A DNA stretch of 64,000 nt, from positions 1,024,001 through 1,088,000 of the forward strand of contig CP000071.1 in the NCBI GenBank assembly GCA_000002445.1, given 5' to 3'. The translations under genes were made by a program, and so were the position numbers. Under the pieces are notes generated by a model that made no database searches, was not told the origin of the DNA, and was given only the letters and a program-made list of their open reading frames with translations. Position 1 is the first letter of the stretch. Every line of letters starts with the position of its first letter. Source of the DNA: Trypanosoma brucei (lineage: Eukaryota). Of this stretch, positions 44,931 through 54,978 are shown one piece after another.

Positions 44931-47717
44931 TTATTCTTCCACTTCCCCTTCATACTCCCCATCACCCTCTAGTGCCTCTTCATCACCCTCTGTTCCATCA
45001 TCCTCAATCTCATTATCCAGTTCCTCCTCTTCTAGAACCGTGTAAAACTCCTTCGCTCTTGGACACGCATGGACGGAGGCATTGTTGAAGTCCAACAATC
45101 GGATATTATCCAGCCGTGTGCTACGACTAAGAGCCACATACGCCTGACCAGGAGAAAAGAAGCGATGGATTGCCACTTCCACGTGCGAAATTGTCAAACC
45201 TTGCGCCTTGTGAACCGTCATTGCCCATGCTTGGCGCAGGGGAAGTTGTGTACGCGTGGCAACGGGTTGATCCCCCATGTACCACTGATGCGAACTGGGT
45301 GATATGAAGGCGTAGACATGCTTTGGGAGACGTTTACTACCATTTGCGAACCCGCCATCTTCAACCGCACCACTGTCGGAGGATGTGTGGTTTCCCTCCC
45401 GTAGGTCCAACCTAACAATAGGTAAGCGCGTGAGACGAACGTGTTGCGGTGCAATGCCTCCCAAATACATCTCTAGGGGATGCACGGCATTCGCAGACTC
45501 AGTTTTGCCAAGACCAACAAGACGCAAGATGTCTCGGCAATGTGTGTTTCCATATACGCAGCCATAACTTGCGTCTTCAGGGCGGCGAATACCACGCTCA
45601 CGCAGGTAATAGAAAAGAGACTGACCAAGGGCGGTGTCGACACAGCGGAACGCATCTTGTAATGTAGGCAACCCTGCGCGCTCCAACAATTCTTGTCCAC
45701 GGGCCGAGGGGAAATGGCGTTCACGCGGAGCCCGAAGAACAAGTTCAACAAGCTCAAGCGGATGGAGAAAACCGACCACCTCACCAACGGACCCATTGAC
45801 TAGACCAAGTCGAAGCGAAATGTTCTGAAGTACCATCACTCGCGTACCAACCTTTAGTGCAAGATCTGTTGGAAGTGTGCTGTCCTCAAACCGTACCCAA
45901 GGTTGCGATGGTTGTGTACCTGTAGTTGTCTCTTCAGTCGTTTCAGGTTCAGTTTCATGAGTGCTGTAGGCATCATAAGCTCGGTACACTTGAAGGGGAC
46001 GCATTGTGTCTTCCTCCGTCACAGAATTAGCACCATTACTGCTGCCAGTCTGTTGTGAGGAACCGTCGTTTGGTGATGGATAAATTGGAAGGCCCTTGGG
46101 TTCGAGCGCGGCAAAATACTTTGCATTACGCATTTCCACCTCCTTGTTTGTTGCGCAGAGTCGCACGTGCCGATCTTTCTCTGCCGCTGCTGGCGTTGTC
46201 TCTGCGTCGGTAAGTGGTAGCACACCATCATTTCCGGCATCCTCATCCTTCTTTTTGCGTGACTTCGCGCTGGATTTCGAAGCAACAGTACGAGATAACA
46301 ATAGTTCGTATGACTCAGGTGACAGTGATCCGACTCGAAGCTCGTCAAGGACCTGCTGAAACGCCAAATCATCGTGCTGCCTGAATTTCTTATGAAGAAT
46401 GACGGTTATTAGATTCAACGAGGTCCATGTACTCGTCTCAAAGCAGTACTGTAGTTTGGACGGCGCCGGTGTCCCATCAGTTGGATCACCACCTTCTTGC
46501 GCTTCGGCATTTTCCTCCGTCTTTTGTTGTGGCTTATTGCGCGGTGGAATAGGCGGTAACTGCAGGAAGTCCCCACATAGAATTACCTGAATACCACCGA
46601 ATGGTTCATTACGACGGCGTATAGCGCGTGCAATCACATCTAACTTATCAAGTAGCAGGGGATCCATCATTGAAATCTCGTCGATGATGAGTGTTTGGCA
46701 GTAACGCCATCGACCAGCCGCACGCCTACTGCGGCGAACCCACTTTAATAACTGACGCGCATCCCCATCTCCAAACTTCACGCCGGCAAAACTATTCACA
46801 GTTGAGCCGCGAACATTGAGAGCGGCTACTCCAGTAGTTGCCGTCACATATACGCAGCGGCGTTTGTTGTGCCGAAGTTGGTAAACGATCTCGCGGATGA
46901 GAAGTGACTTTCCAGAGCCTGCCCCACCCGTTATGAATAAGTTGCGCCCCTTTAATGCAAGCCTTAGTGCGCGCTGTTGCTCTGGACTGAGTGATGTTAA
47001 AATGGGAAGTTGGCTATCAGCGTCAGCATCACTGAAGTGGGTTTGTCCCTCGCTAGCCCCCTCTGCTTTTCCCTGAGCCGATATCTTCGCCTCAGTACCC
47101 ACCGGTTGTGTGCGTTCAGCAACCCCTAACTTCGAGAGATATTCTTTATCATCCGTTACTTCAGTAGGTTCAGCGGCTGCTTTTGCTCGGAGGCGCTTCT
47201 TTTTCTCCTCCTCGCGCCGCAGAGCTTCCTCCTTCAACAGCTGCATCAGTTGCTTACTTTCCTCATCCACAAGTTTCTCATCGTCATCATCATCTATGGC
47301 AACGTCAGAAGCACCTCCTTTTCCCGGAGCACTTCCTTCTATACCATTGGCTCTTCTTGCAGTGTTAAACGCACTCGCTCCCACGGTTCGACCACTTCGC
47401 CGCTGCTTCGATTTGGTTACGGCAGCAGCTTTTGTTTTTCCACCTCCGACTTTCCGTCGCCTCGTCATGTGTTCCTCAGAAATCCGCGGCGGCTCAAGTG
47501 GCGGTGGTGGGGAGTCGATTTTAATGGCCGCTCGCCCGCGTTTCTCCACCGGTTCCGCCTTTGCAGTGCGGGAGCGGGCCGCAATGCCACTCACCAGCGG
47601 CGGTTCATTTGGTTGAGTGCTGCGGTTGAGGCGATTGCCGCATGTGGTGAAGTCAACGCGTTGAATCCGCAGTGCCACACGTGAGGGACGCCATACGGCG
47701 CTTAGACGGGAGAGCAT
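44931..47717 (-). CDS. PIF1-family 5'-3' DNA helicase, with a predicted N-terminal mitochondrial presequence and a long basic low-complexity N-terminal region
   Basis: Walker A LFITGGAGSGKSLLIREIV is present. The Pif1 family signature reads …DKLDVIARAIRRRNEPFGGIQVILCGDFLQLPPI. Motif III-like VYVTATTGVAALNV and the C-terminal AYVALSRSTRLDNIRLLDF are also present. The N-terminus, MLSRLSAVWRPSRVALRIQRV, is an amphipathic R-rich presequence. Trypanosomes encode several mitochondrial (kinetoplast) PIF1 paralogues. Confidence 0.8.
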   Translation of the reverse strand: MLSRLSAVWRPSRVALRIQRVDFTTCGNRLNRSTQPNEPPLVSGIAARSRTAKAEPVEKRGRAAIKIDSPPPPLEPPRISEEHMTRRRKVGGGKTKAAAVTKSKQRRSGRTVGASAFNTARRANGIEGSAPGKGGASDVAIDDDDDEKLVDEESKQLMQLLKEEALRREEEKKKRLRAKAAAEPTEVTDDKEYLSKLGVAERTQPVGTEAKISAQGKAEGASEGQTHFSDADADSQLPILTSLSPEQQRALRLALKGRNLFITGGAGSGKSLLIREIVYQLRHNKRRCVYVTATTGVAALNVRGSTVNSFAGVKFGDGDARQLLKWVRRSRRAAGRWRYCQTLIIDEISMMDPLLLDKLDVIARAIRRRNEPFGGIQVILCGDFLQLPPIPPRNKPQQKTEENAEAQEGGDPTDGTPAPSKLQYCFETSTWTSLNLITVILHKKFRQHDDLAFQQVLDELRVGSLSPESYELLLSRTVASKSSAKSRKKKDEDAGNDGVLPLTDAETTPAAAEKDRHVRLCATNKEVEMRNAKYFAALEPKGLPIYPSPNDGSSQQTGSSNGANSVTEEDTMRPLQVYRAYDAYSTHETEPETTEETTTGTQPSQPWVRFEDSTLPTDLALKVGTRVMVLQNISLRLGLVNGSVGEVVGFLHPLELVELVLRAPRERHFPSARGQELLERAGLPTLQDAFRCVDTALGQSLFYYLRERGIRRPEDASYGCVYGNTHCRDILRLVGLGKTESANAVHPLEMYLGGIAPQHVRLTRLPIVRLDLREGNHTSSDSGAVEDGGFANGSKRLPKHVYAFISPSSHQWYMGDQPVATRTQLPLRQAWAMTVHKAQGLTISHVEVAIHRFFSPGQAYVALSRSTRLDNIRLLDFNNASVHACPRAKEFYTVLEEEELDNEIEDDGTEGDEEALEGDGEYEGEVEE

Positions 47718-47719
47718 TT

Positions 47720-50700
47720 GCGTGTTTATTTAAAAACAACAAAAATTCAAATAGTTGATTCAGAAGTAGCCTAAAATTATTATTATTTTTTTTAAAAAAG
47801 AAAACAACGACAACCCCACCAACGGAAACAATGCGTGAGATCGGTGGAAGGACCAACGAGTAAAAAGGGGAAAAGTGTCAACAGTTTTGCGCCCTACCTA
47901 CGCGTAGCGGTTATGATCAGGCTGCCTTTGTGTGACGTGTTACTGCGTTATCACTGCTTATTGTTGTTCCTTTGGTTAGTGCAAAAAAGTAAAAGAAAAA
48001 GAAAAAGAGAAATTACCGTTGAAAAGTGCACACATACCAAGAGAGAGATGAGCCGTGCAGGTGCAGAAAGGTTCAACATTACAGAAGTATCAAATCATAA
48101 TATTTGTAGTTATACTTCACCCACCGTTATCTTCAATCATTCCCATGTTCCATTTCTCCACCAGCTCACGTCCTCTCTTCAGTTCTTTTCTGCGCTCCCC
48201 ATTCTTTTTTTCTTTTTTGGTTTTATTGAGGAAAGGAGGAATGGATGCGGTGATGCAATGACGAGCCGGTGGCGTCACAAACTGAAATCATTGCAACGCA
48301 CATGCACAGAGAAACACACACACGAAAAAAAAAGAAAAAAGGAGCCGAGAGAAAGAAATGAATGACCGAAAGCTGATGGGAGCGTCGAAGAAAAGAAAAA
48401 AAAGAAAGCTATACAAAAGGGGGAAAAAAAAACAAGAAACATAGGGGAACGAAAAAGAAGAAACCAGACTGGGGTTGCAGAAGCCGAATAAGGGGGAAAA
48501 AGAATAATGGGGAATTAGAGGAAGAGGATCCGGTACGCGGCAAGACAGAGGCCACATACAAAACGGAATCAAACGCCGTTAAATTAAAGAAGCAGAGAGA
48601 GAGAGGTAAAGAGAAAACAAAACAGACGAAAAAAAAAAAGAAAAGAAGAAAGGGGTTACGGCGGAACAACTCCACCAGAGTTGACGCTGTTTTCTCGATA
48701 TTGCTTTCCCCATCATAAATCCTCATTGATGCTTTTCTTTACTTCTTTCGCTTCATTTCGTGTCTTCTATTTTTTTCCCCCCCCCCCTCCTCTCTCCATC
48801 AGTGACGCGTATAAATATGTATGTATACAAAAAATATAAACATACATGAAATGAAACAGACAGCCAACTAAGAAAAATCTGTTTTAATGCTGCCGTAGAC
48901 AAGCGCACACGCGACACCCAAACGGGGAAGAAAAAAAAAAAAGAGAAATGGAGAAACCTTCATTAAAAGTTTCGCTGAGGGCGAAGCAGTGGATGATAAG
49001 ACGAGGACACAAACACAAAAACACACAAGAAGGGGGGGGGGGAAAAAAAGGAGAACTAAAAGAAGACACAACATTAAATATTTTAAATATATACAAATAC
49101 ACCAAATAACCGGATCCTTCACCACTCCCAATGTGACGAGAGGAAGAAAATGCAGAGTTGGGTGAAAACAGATATAAAAAGAAACAAAAACAAAAACAAG
49201 AAACGAAGCTGATGAGTACATAAAGATACAAAAAGTAAAAAAGAAAAAAAAAGAAAAAGAGGGAAAGGGAGAGAGAAGCGGTACTTGTGCAAAACAACAA
49301 CAACATCAACAAAACACACACACACACACACAAAAGGAAGCAAAAAAACAAAAAAACAAACTCCCCCAATAAAATAGCAACAATCCGAACTTGGCGTAAA
49401 AAACAAAAAAAACGCCAGAGACAAGATGGCTACGAAATATACGCCCCAAAACCGCATGCATATTGACATAAACTTCCCTCCCTCACCATCCATTAAAAAA
49501 AAAAACCCCTTCTTCAAACTGTAATTGCTCGTCACGTTAATAACATCAAAGGAGAGGAAAGAAAGCGGAGGGGGAATGCACCATGAGGAAGCAGATGCAC
49601 ACCAATGCATAAATAAAATTAACATAAAATATACCGCAAAAAATGCTGCAAATATAAAATTTGTGATGCATGAACGCGTATATGATATCTCTTCTCTATT
49701 GTTTTCTCATATCTCTCCGCCATCATTCGTCCACACTCCCATCACATAATGCCAAACGGAAGTTACGATAGCAATAACAAAAATGATAGTGAGAAGGAAA
49801 GAAGAGTAAAGTTTTTTTTCTTTTAAACAAAACAAAACAAAATGTATTGTTGCACCCGTTTTCTCTCCCCCTTTTATTTACCTTTTTTTTTTCACACCAC
49901 ATTTTTTTTTCCTCGAACCCGATGGCACAATCCGTGAATTCAATTTCAGCGAATATCTCTACAATTTTTTTCTGTTTACTGATCCGATTGGTATTACGCT
50001 ACAGCTTTTAAAGCTATTTATATTAGTTTCGGTTTCCTTTCCTTTCTTTTTTTTTTTTCATTACTTATTTCTTATTTCCACCTTTCCTGTTCACACATGT
50101 TCCCTGCCATCCCCAAATTATCAAATAAAACAATACGAAAAAAACAAACAAACAAACAAAAAGTACGGCGGGACAGCAGGGATTGCAGTAAAATGGAGGG
50201 TGGCGGGGACTGATGGCGTTTGAATTAAGTCCCCACTTCCGACTTAATCATGACTGTACAACGTAATTTTTTTTTTCCTTTAGAGAAAGAGACGAAGCAG
50301 CGAGAAGACGAGAAGGAAAAACACACACACACACACACACACACAGGGCAAAAACAGAGCAGTAATGAGATACATGATACAACATAACAAAATTATATAT
50401 ATATATATATATATAATTACTTATTTACCTATATATACCGATATCTATAAATGTGTGGTATATATATGTATACAAGTATATACGAAAAATAAAAATAAAA
50501 ACAAAAACAAATCAACAGGAATCCCTAAAAAAAACCCATCTGCTTCTCCTACCTTTCCTCTTCGTACAATACACAAACAACACACAATGCATCAACGTAC
50601 ACAATTTAAGCAAAAACTTTCCGCACTTCCATCAGTGTAATATATATTGCCATTACTGGTATTTTTGTTTATTTTCAGTCCCTTACACACAGTATTGTTT

Positions 50701-51170
50701 CTATCTCCTTTCACTTTTACTTACTTTCTTGCTGTACATGAATCGATTTATGAGCATGTTCGCTTGTATGTATGGACGTGTGGAGATAACAAAGCATGGT
50801 AGGAAGCAATTTCGGAATACGAACCATATTGTCAGAAACCTTTCTTCCATATATATATATATATATATATATATGTCTCCTACCACTGTTTTCTTTTCTC
50901 ATTTTAACCGACACGCTCGACATCTTTCTTTTTCCCCCTTCTACTGTCTTGACCAGTTGTTGTTCACGTATCATTTTTCATATATATTTATTTTTCATGA
51001 TGATAAAAGTAAGTGTGTACTGCTGTGGTGATAGTGGTGGTAGTGTGGGGCGGGTGGATGGTAGCCGGAGAGCATAATGAAGGTGAATCCACGAACAGAG
51101 CAATCTGTTAGCAGGCAAAACAGCGGTTCGCAAAGGGGGAAAAATATTAGTAACAACAACACCAACAACA
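47720..51170. repeat. Low-complexity A/G-rich 3.4-kb intergenic tract with (CA)n, (TA)n and poly-G or poly-C microsatellites
   Basis: (ca)n lies at about 49318-49334 and 50319-50345. (ta)n lies at about 50396-50418 and 50848-50874. G10 lies at about 49034-49044 and C10 at about 48778-48790. The overlapping ORFs here translate to poly-F, L, C and S artefacts. Confidence 0.5.
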
Positions 51171-51176
51171 ACTGCA

Positions 51177-51923
51177 TTACGGTATAAACACACGAGTTGT
51201 TTTTCTGTATGGTTGGTTACAGTAGGGGCATGCCTTCTTTTGTAATTGACGGAGGCAACCATCACATGTGCAAAGGTGACGGCAGGGTAGAAACAGTACA
51301 AGGGACTGCCTCTCTAAACAAATGCAACACTGTCCGTTGTTAGTTTCCTGAGCCCTGTTAGAAACATATGAGGCTGGAGCCATGGTGGATATATTTGGAA
51401 AACGATCAGAATTTGTTTGCCCAGCGTGTGGCGGGGCCGTATGAGCCGCCTGCTCATTTTCTGCGTCGCGCTGAGCCACGTGGTATTCCTGACGTATGTA
51501 ATTATTGGTGTTTCCACGTGGGCTGGTAAACGGTGGTGGTAGCACTAAACGAATGTCGCTCTGTTGATGACCATCATTCTGCTGTTGACGCTGCTGAGGA
51601 CGCGGTGATGTGAGAGGCGGTAAAACCTCCTGCACCGCCAGTTCACCCCTGAAACTTCTACGCCAGCGCAGTTGCGGTTGCGGTTGCCGATTCTGGTGCC
51701 TATTGTCCGGGTGACGTGCCGTATGGGGCATTTCTGATGAATTCGGTTGGAAGAGCAAATGACCCCCCAAGAAGACGGGTTGGATGCCTGTTGTTATTTT
51801 AAGCAACTGCAAGCGATGCCGCCTGTTGGAGGAAAAAAGCGTTCTACCATTACCACCACCAGCTGGAAGGACAAGATTCGTGGTCATGAGAAAGTTGCGG
51901 AATGTTATATCCACACTAAACAC
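51177..51923 (-). CDS. Proline/glutamine-rich hypothetical protein with a C-terminal C3HC4 RING finger (IAP/MUL1-like position at the extreme C-terminus)
   Basis: The C-terminus reads GQCCICLERQSLVLFLPCRHLCTCDGCLRQLQKKACPYCNQPY, which fits C-x2-C…C-x-H-x2-C-x2-C…C-P-x-C spacing. The remainder is low-complexity. The start codon is uncertain because several in-frame Met residues are present. Confidence 0.45.
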   Translation of the reverse strand: MFSVDITFRNFLMTTNLVLPAGGGNGRTLFSSNRRHRLQLLKITTGIQPVFLGGHLLFQPNSSEMPHTARHPDNRHQNRQPQPQLRWRRSFRGELAVQEVLPPLTSPRPQQRQQQNDGHQQSDIRLVLPPPFTSPRGNTNNYIRQEYHVAQRDAENEQAAHTAPPHAGQTNSDRFPNISTMAPASYVSNRAQETNNGQCCICLERQSLVLFLPCRHLCTCDGCLRQLQKKACPYCNQPYRKTTRVFIP

Positions 51924-52640
51924 CTATACTAACGGTGGGGGCGATTTCACCCTCCAGTTATAATAAAGTTGGGGCTTATGTGGGAACACCCTTTAAAAAT
52001 GATTCAAAGTAGGGCCAAGCATTTTGGAGAAGAGAAGATAACATGTTTGTTATGAGCAAACGAACACTGTACAACAATCCTCAGCAGAGTAACTTTACAC
52101 TGTAACTCCCTCTTTCCCTTTCTTTCCCAACACAGCTGAGACACGATAGCTTAGACTAAGGCGATATATTTGTGTGAGGAGCGCGCGACAGAGAGGGGGA
52201 ATGGAAACTGGGTGCCGTTGCACTCGCTTCATGTGAACCTGCAACTTTACCTGCAGCAGAGAGATGCGGCCCTTCGTTGAAGCTATTATCACCTATTCAC
52301 CGAGAGGCACCCACCTATTCATTCTGGAGATTCTCTCATAGGAACACAAATTACAACAAAAGGCGAGCATATCCGAGCGTCGTCCCCCAATTTTTCCTCA
52401 TACCAAACTACTGTTTTTTTTTTTTCAACGTTTTAATTCTTTCCACACCCCTTATTCCTTTTGGCAGTCCTAAACCCGAGGGTTAACCGTTACAGAACCA
52501 TTGCTCCACCCACCGATAGACACGACATTCATCTCTGCATGTCAATTGATACCACGAGAAGCGCTGCGAAGCATATTCACAGCAGCCCCTCCCCCTCCAA
52601 ATCGGCAGCAACTACAGCAGCAGTAATACTGAATCAGTTC

Positions 52641-54110
52641 TCATTGCAAGCTGTGTAACATCGGTGCGCGTTTCAGCCGTGCAGCAACCTCCTCCTGTTG
52701 CCGCGCACGGTGCACGCGCTGTTCAAACGACTTGACCGTGGAAAGAAAATTTGGAAGCTCACGCACTGCGACGTCGGCTCTGTCGCGGTGAAGGAAGAGA
52801 TGGGACTGAATTTGCGCTACACTCAGTTTGCCAGGCAGCAGCTGCAAGGCGAACGCTTCGTGGAGAGACTCCGGTGCCTCGGGAAAGAATTTACAAAATA
52901 GTTTCCGTGCTTGCTCACGCGATATCAGACCAATTTCGACCTTCAAATCACAGCGACCGGGCCGGATGAGGGCTTCATCCAGTCGCTCCACGTGATTTGT
53001 TGTCATAAACACGATTCGACCTTCCTGAGCGGCGACACCATCGAGTGCGTTGAGCAGTCCACTCATCGTAATGTGACTATCGGCGCTAAATGCCCGATCA
53101 ATGTCTTCCAGTAGCACAATAGAGCGGATTGGGGCGGTGTTAAGCAACTGGACGAGTGTGTCGTCGCTCAATCCGCGGCCAGAGAGACTCAAGGGACAAA
53201 TGGAAAGTCGTAACTCGCCAGCAAGCGCCATCACCACGCTGCTCTTGCCGCAACCAGGAGGACCGTGAAGCAGGTAACCGCGGCGATACGGAACGCCTAA
53301 ATCTTCATAATACCTGCTTGACTGAAGAAACAGTTTCGCATCCTCCAAAAGCATGTCCCCAATCCCATCATTAAGCACTACAGAATTCAGCGGGCGCCGA
53401 CGGCGTGGCTCTTGCCGCACCCAACGACCACCAGCGTTCTGATAAATGACCGTATGATCGCTGTTTCGCATGGAGGTGAGCTCCCGCGCCTCCTCGAGAA
53501 TCTCACGCATAAAAGTCGAGGATAGACCCAATGTAGTCAGTTCCATTGTCTCAAGAACGTCAGTGCCCATTGCCTGGGTTTCCACACGGCGCCGTTGCAG
53601 TACAATTGGTCGGTGTTTGTACCAGAACCAGTGCCGAATGTTGGTACAGGGGGCATACATACACTCATGCGATGACTCGTCGTTGGAGTATATGGTGGTG
53701 TTGCGCGTGGTGACGTTCACCTGTTGAACCTGGAACGCGGGCTTGCTCGAGAGCCACCGCACCATCCACCCGTAGCTTTCGTCCTGACTTGTCACCTCCA
53801 TTGAAATGACGAACCGCCGGCGCATGACGGATTTGAACATTGTGGACACTGAACGTGTGGCGGCACCAGTGAATGTCAGCAAATAAAGCCCGACGCCCGC
53901 ACTAAAAAACGGATTTTGCAGCAGGTTCCCCAATGTTCGACTAAGGACGCCACCTTCCCCCCTCCAGCGCTCCGGTACAAGAGCGGCAAGTTCAGCTAAT
54001 GCCACATCGGCACTCACTGCGGTGGAGGAGGAAGAACCGCACACGGCGGGGTTACTTCCATCGGCGAGAGCAGCAAGATTCATAGCGAGACGACAGCAGA
54101 TACAACGCAA
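52641..54110 (-). CDS. BCS1: BCS1-like mitochondrial AAA-ATPase chaperone
   Basis: An N-terminal TM segment (FFSAGVGLYLLTFTGAA) is present. A BCS1 N-domain follows. The AAA module has Walker A GYLLHGPPGCGKSSVVMALAG, Walker B SIVLLEDIDRAF, and MTTNHVERLDEALIRPGRCD (sensor and arginine finger). This is the canonical BCS1 arrangement. Confidence 0.75.
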   Translation of the reverse strand: MRCICCRLAMNLAALADGSNPAVCGSSSSTAVSADVALAELAALVPERWRGEGGVLSRTLGNLLQNPFFSAGVGLYLLTFTGAATRSVSTMFKSVMRRRFVISMEVTSQDESYGWMVRWLSSKPAFQVQQVNVTTRNTTIYSNDESSHECMYAPCTNIRHWFWYKHRPIVLQRRRVETQAMGTDVLETMELTTLGLSSTFMREILEEARELTSMRNSDHTVIYQNAGGRWVRQEPRRRRPLNSVVLNDGIGDMLLEDAKLFLQSSRYYEDLGVPYRRGYLLHGPPGCGKSSVVMALAGELRLSICPLSLSGRGLSDDTLVQLLNTAPIRSIVLLEDIDRAFSADSHITMSGLLNALDGVAAQEGRIVFMTTNHVERLDEALIRPGRCDLKVEIGLISREQARKLFCKFFPEAPESLHEAFALQLLPGKLSVAQIQSHLFLHRDRADVAVRELPNFLSTVKSFEQRVHRARQQEEVAARLKRAPMLHSLQ

Positions 54111-54978
54111 GGCTTACAATTTGAGGGAAGGTAAGCTGCGCGCCCCGAGGGAACTTTCAATTTGGTCAGCAAATGATGTGCAACGCCGGTTTGCTTCGAC
54201 TCGTTGCGCCCTTCAAAGAGAAGTGCTGTTGCCGCCTCTCGGCGAGCTAATTGTCTCCTTCCTTTAATGTACGAAAGCAAAATACAAAGAAAACAACAGA
54301 AACGAGAAAATATCGCGGTTTGAGTACGGGAATAAGCTGCGGTAAAACACATATCCCACCCTGTCACATACGTGGCGTCGCTGCAGTGTCTCGTTTATGT
54401 GTGCCGTGTGGTAATGAAAGTAGAGGTAGTAACAGTGGTACATGCGCGTTACCCCTCTTTATATCCCTCCCTCCTTCCTTCCCGACGTCTCACACTCACA
54501 AACCATGTGTGGATGCAAAAACGTTTCGGGCGAGTTGCGAAGCGCTCCCTTCATTCCTTTTTTTAAAAATTATTCATGCATATACCCTGGTGGAAAATAT
54601 ACCATGTGATTTTGCGATTGGTGACACGAACAGCGAGAATACAAATAATGTGGGGTAACCCTCAACGGATCTTATACGATGAATTGGTACAAAAATACCT
54701 GTACATTATGAGTGTGTGTAACGGTAGAAAGCAGATGAATAGAATACACGGTACAGCAAAAGAAATATACATTGAAAAAGGTCTCCCTTTCATTTCTCAA
54801 TACAATAAATTAAAATAGCCTAGTTGCTTACTGCATTGCATTGACGACGCCCTTCCGAAAATACACCTACAGAGAAGCTCACAGCGAACTTCAGCATCAC
54901 CTGCCAATGCTGAGAGGGATGCCGACGCTACGAGAAGATTCGCACTAATACTCCATCGTCCTCCATTTCCCTCGCCAG

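Noticed and set aside
47835-51031. ORFs 47835-48365, 48884-49369, 49119-49625 and 50453-51031 in the PIF1-RING intergenic region
   Set aside because: Same low-complexity artefact. They are rich in F, L and C or in K and E, and they overlap on both strands.
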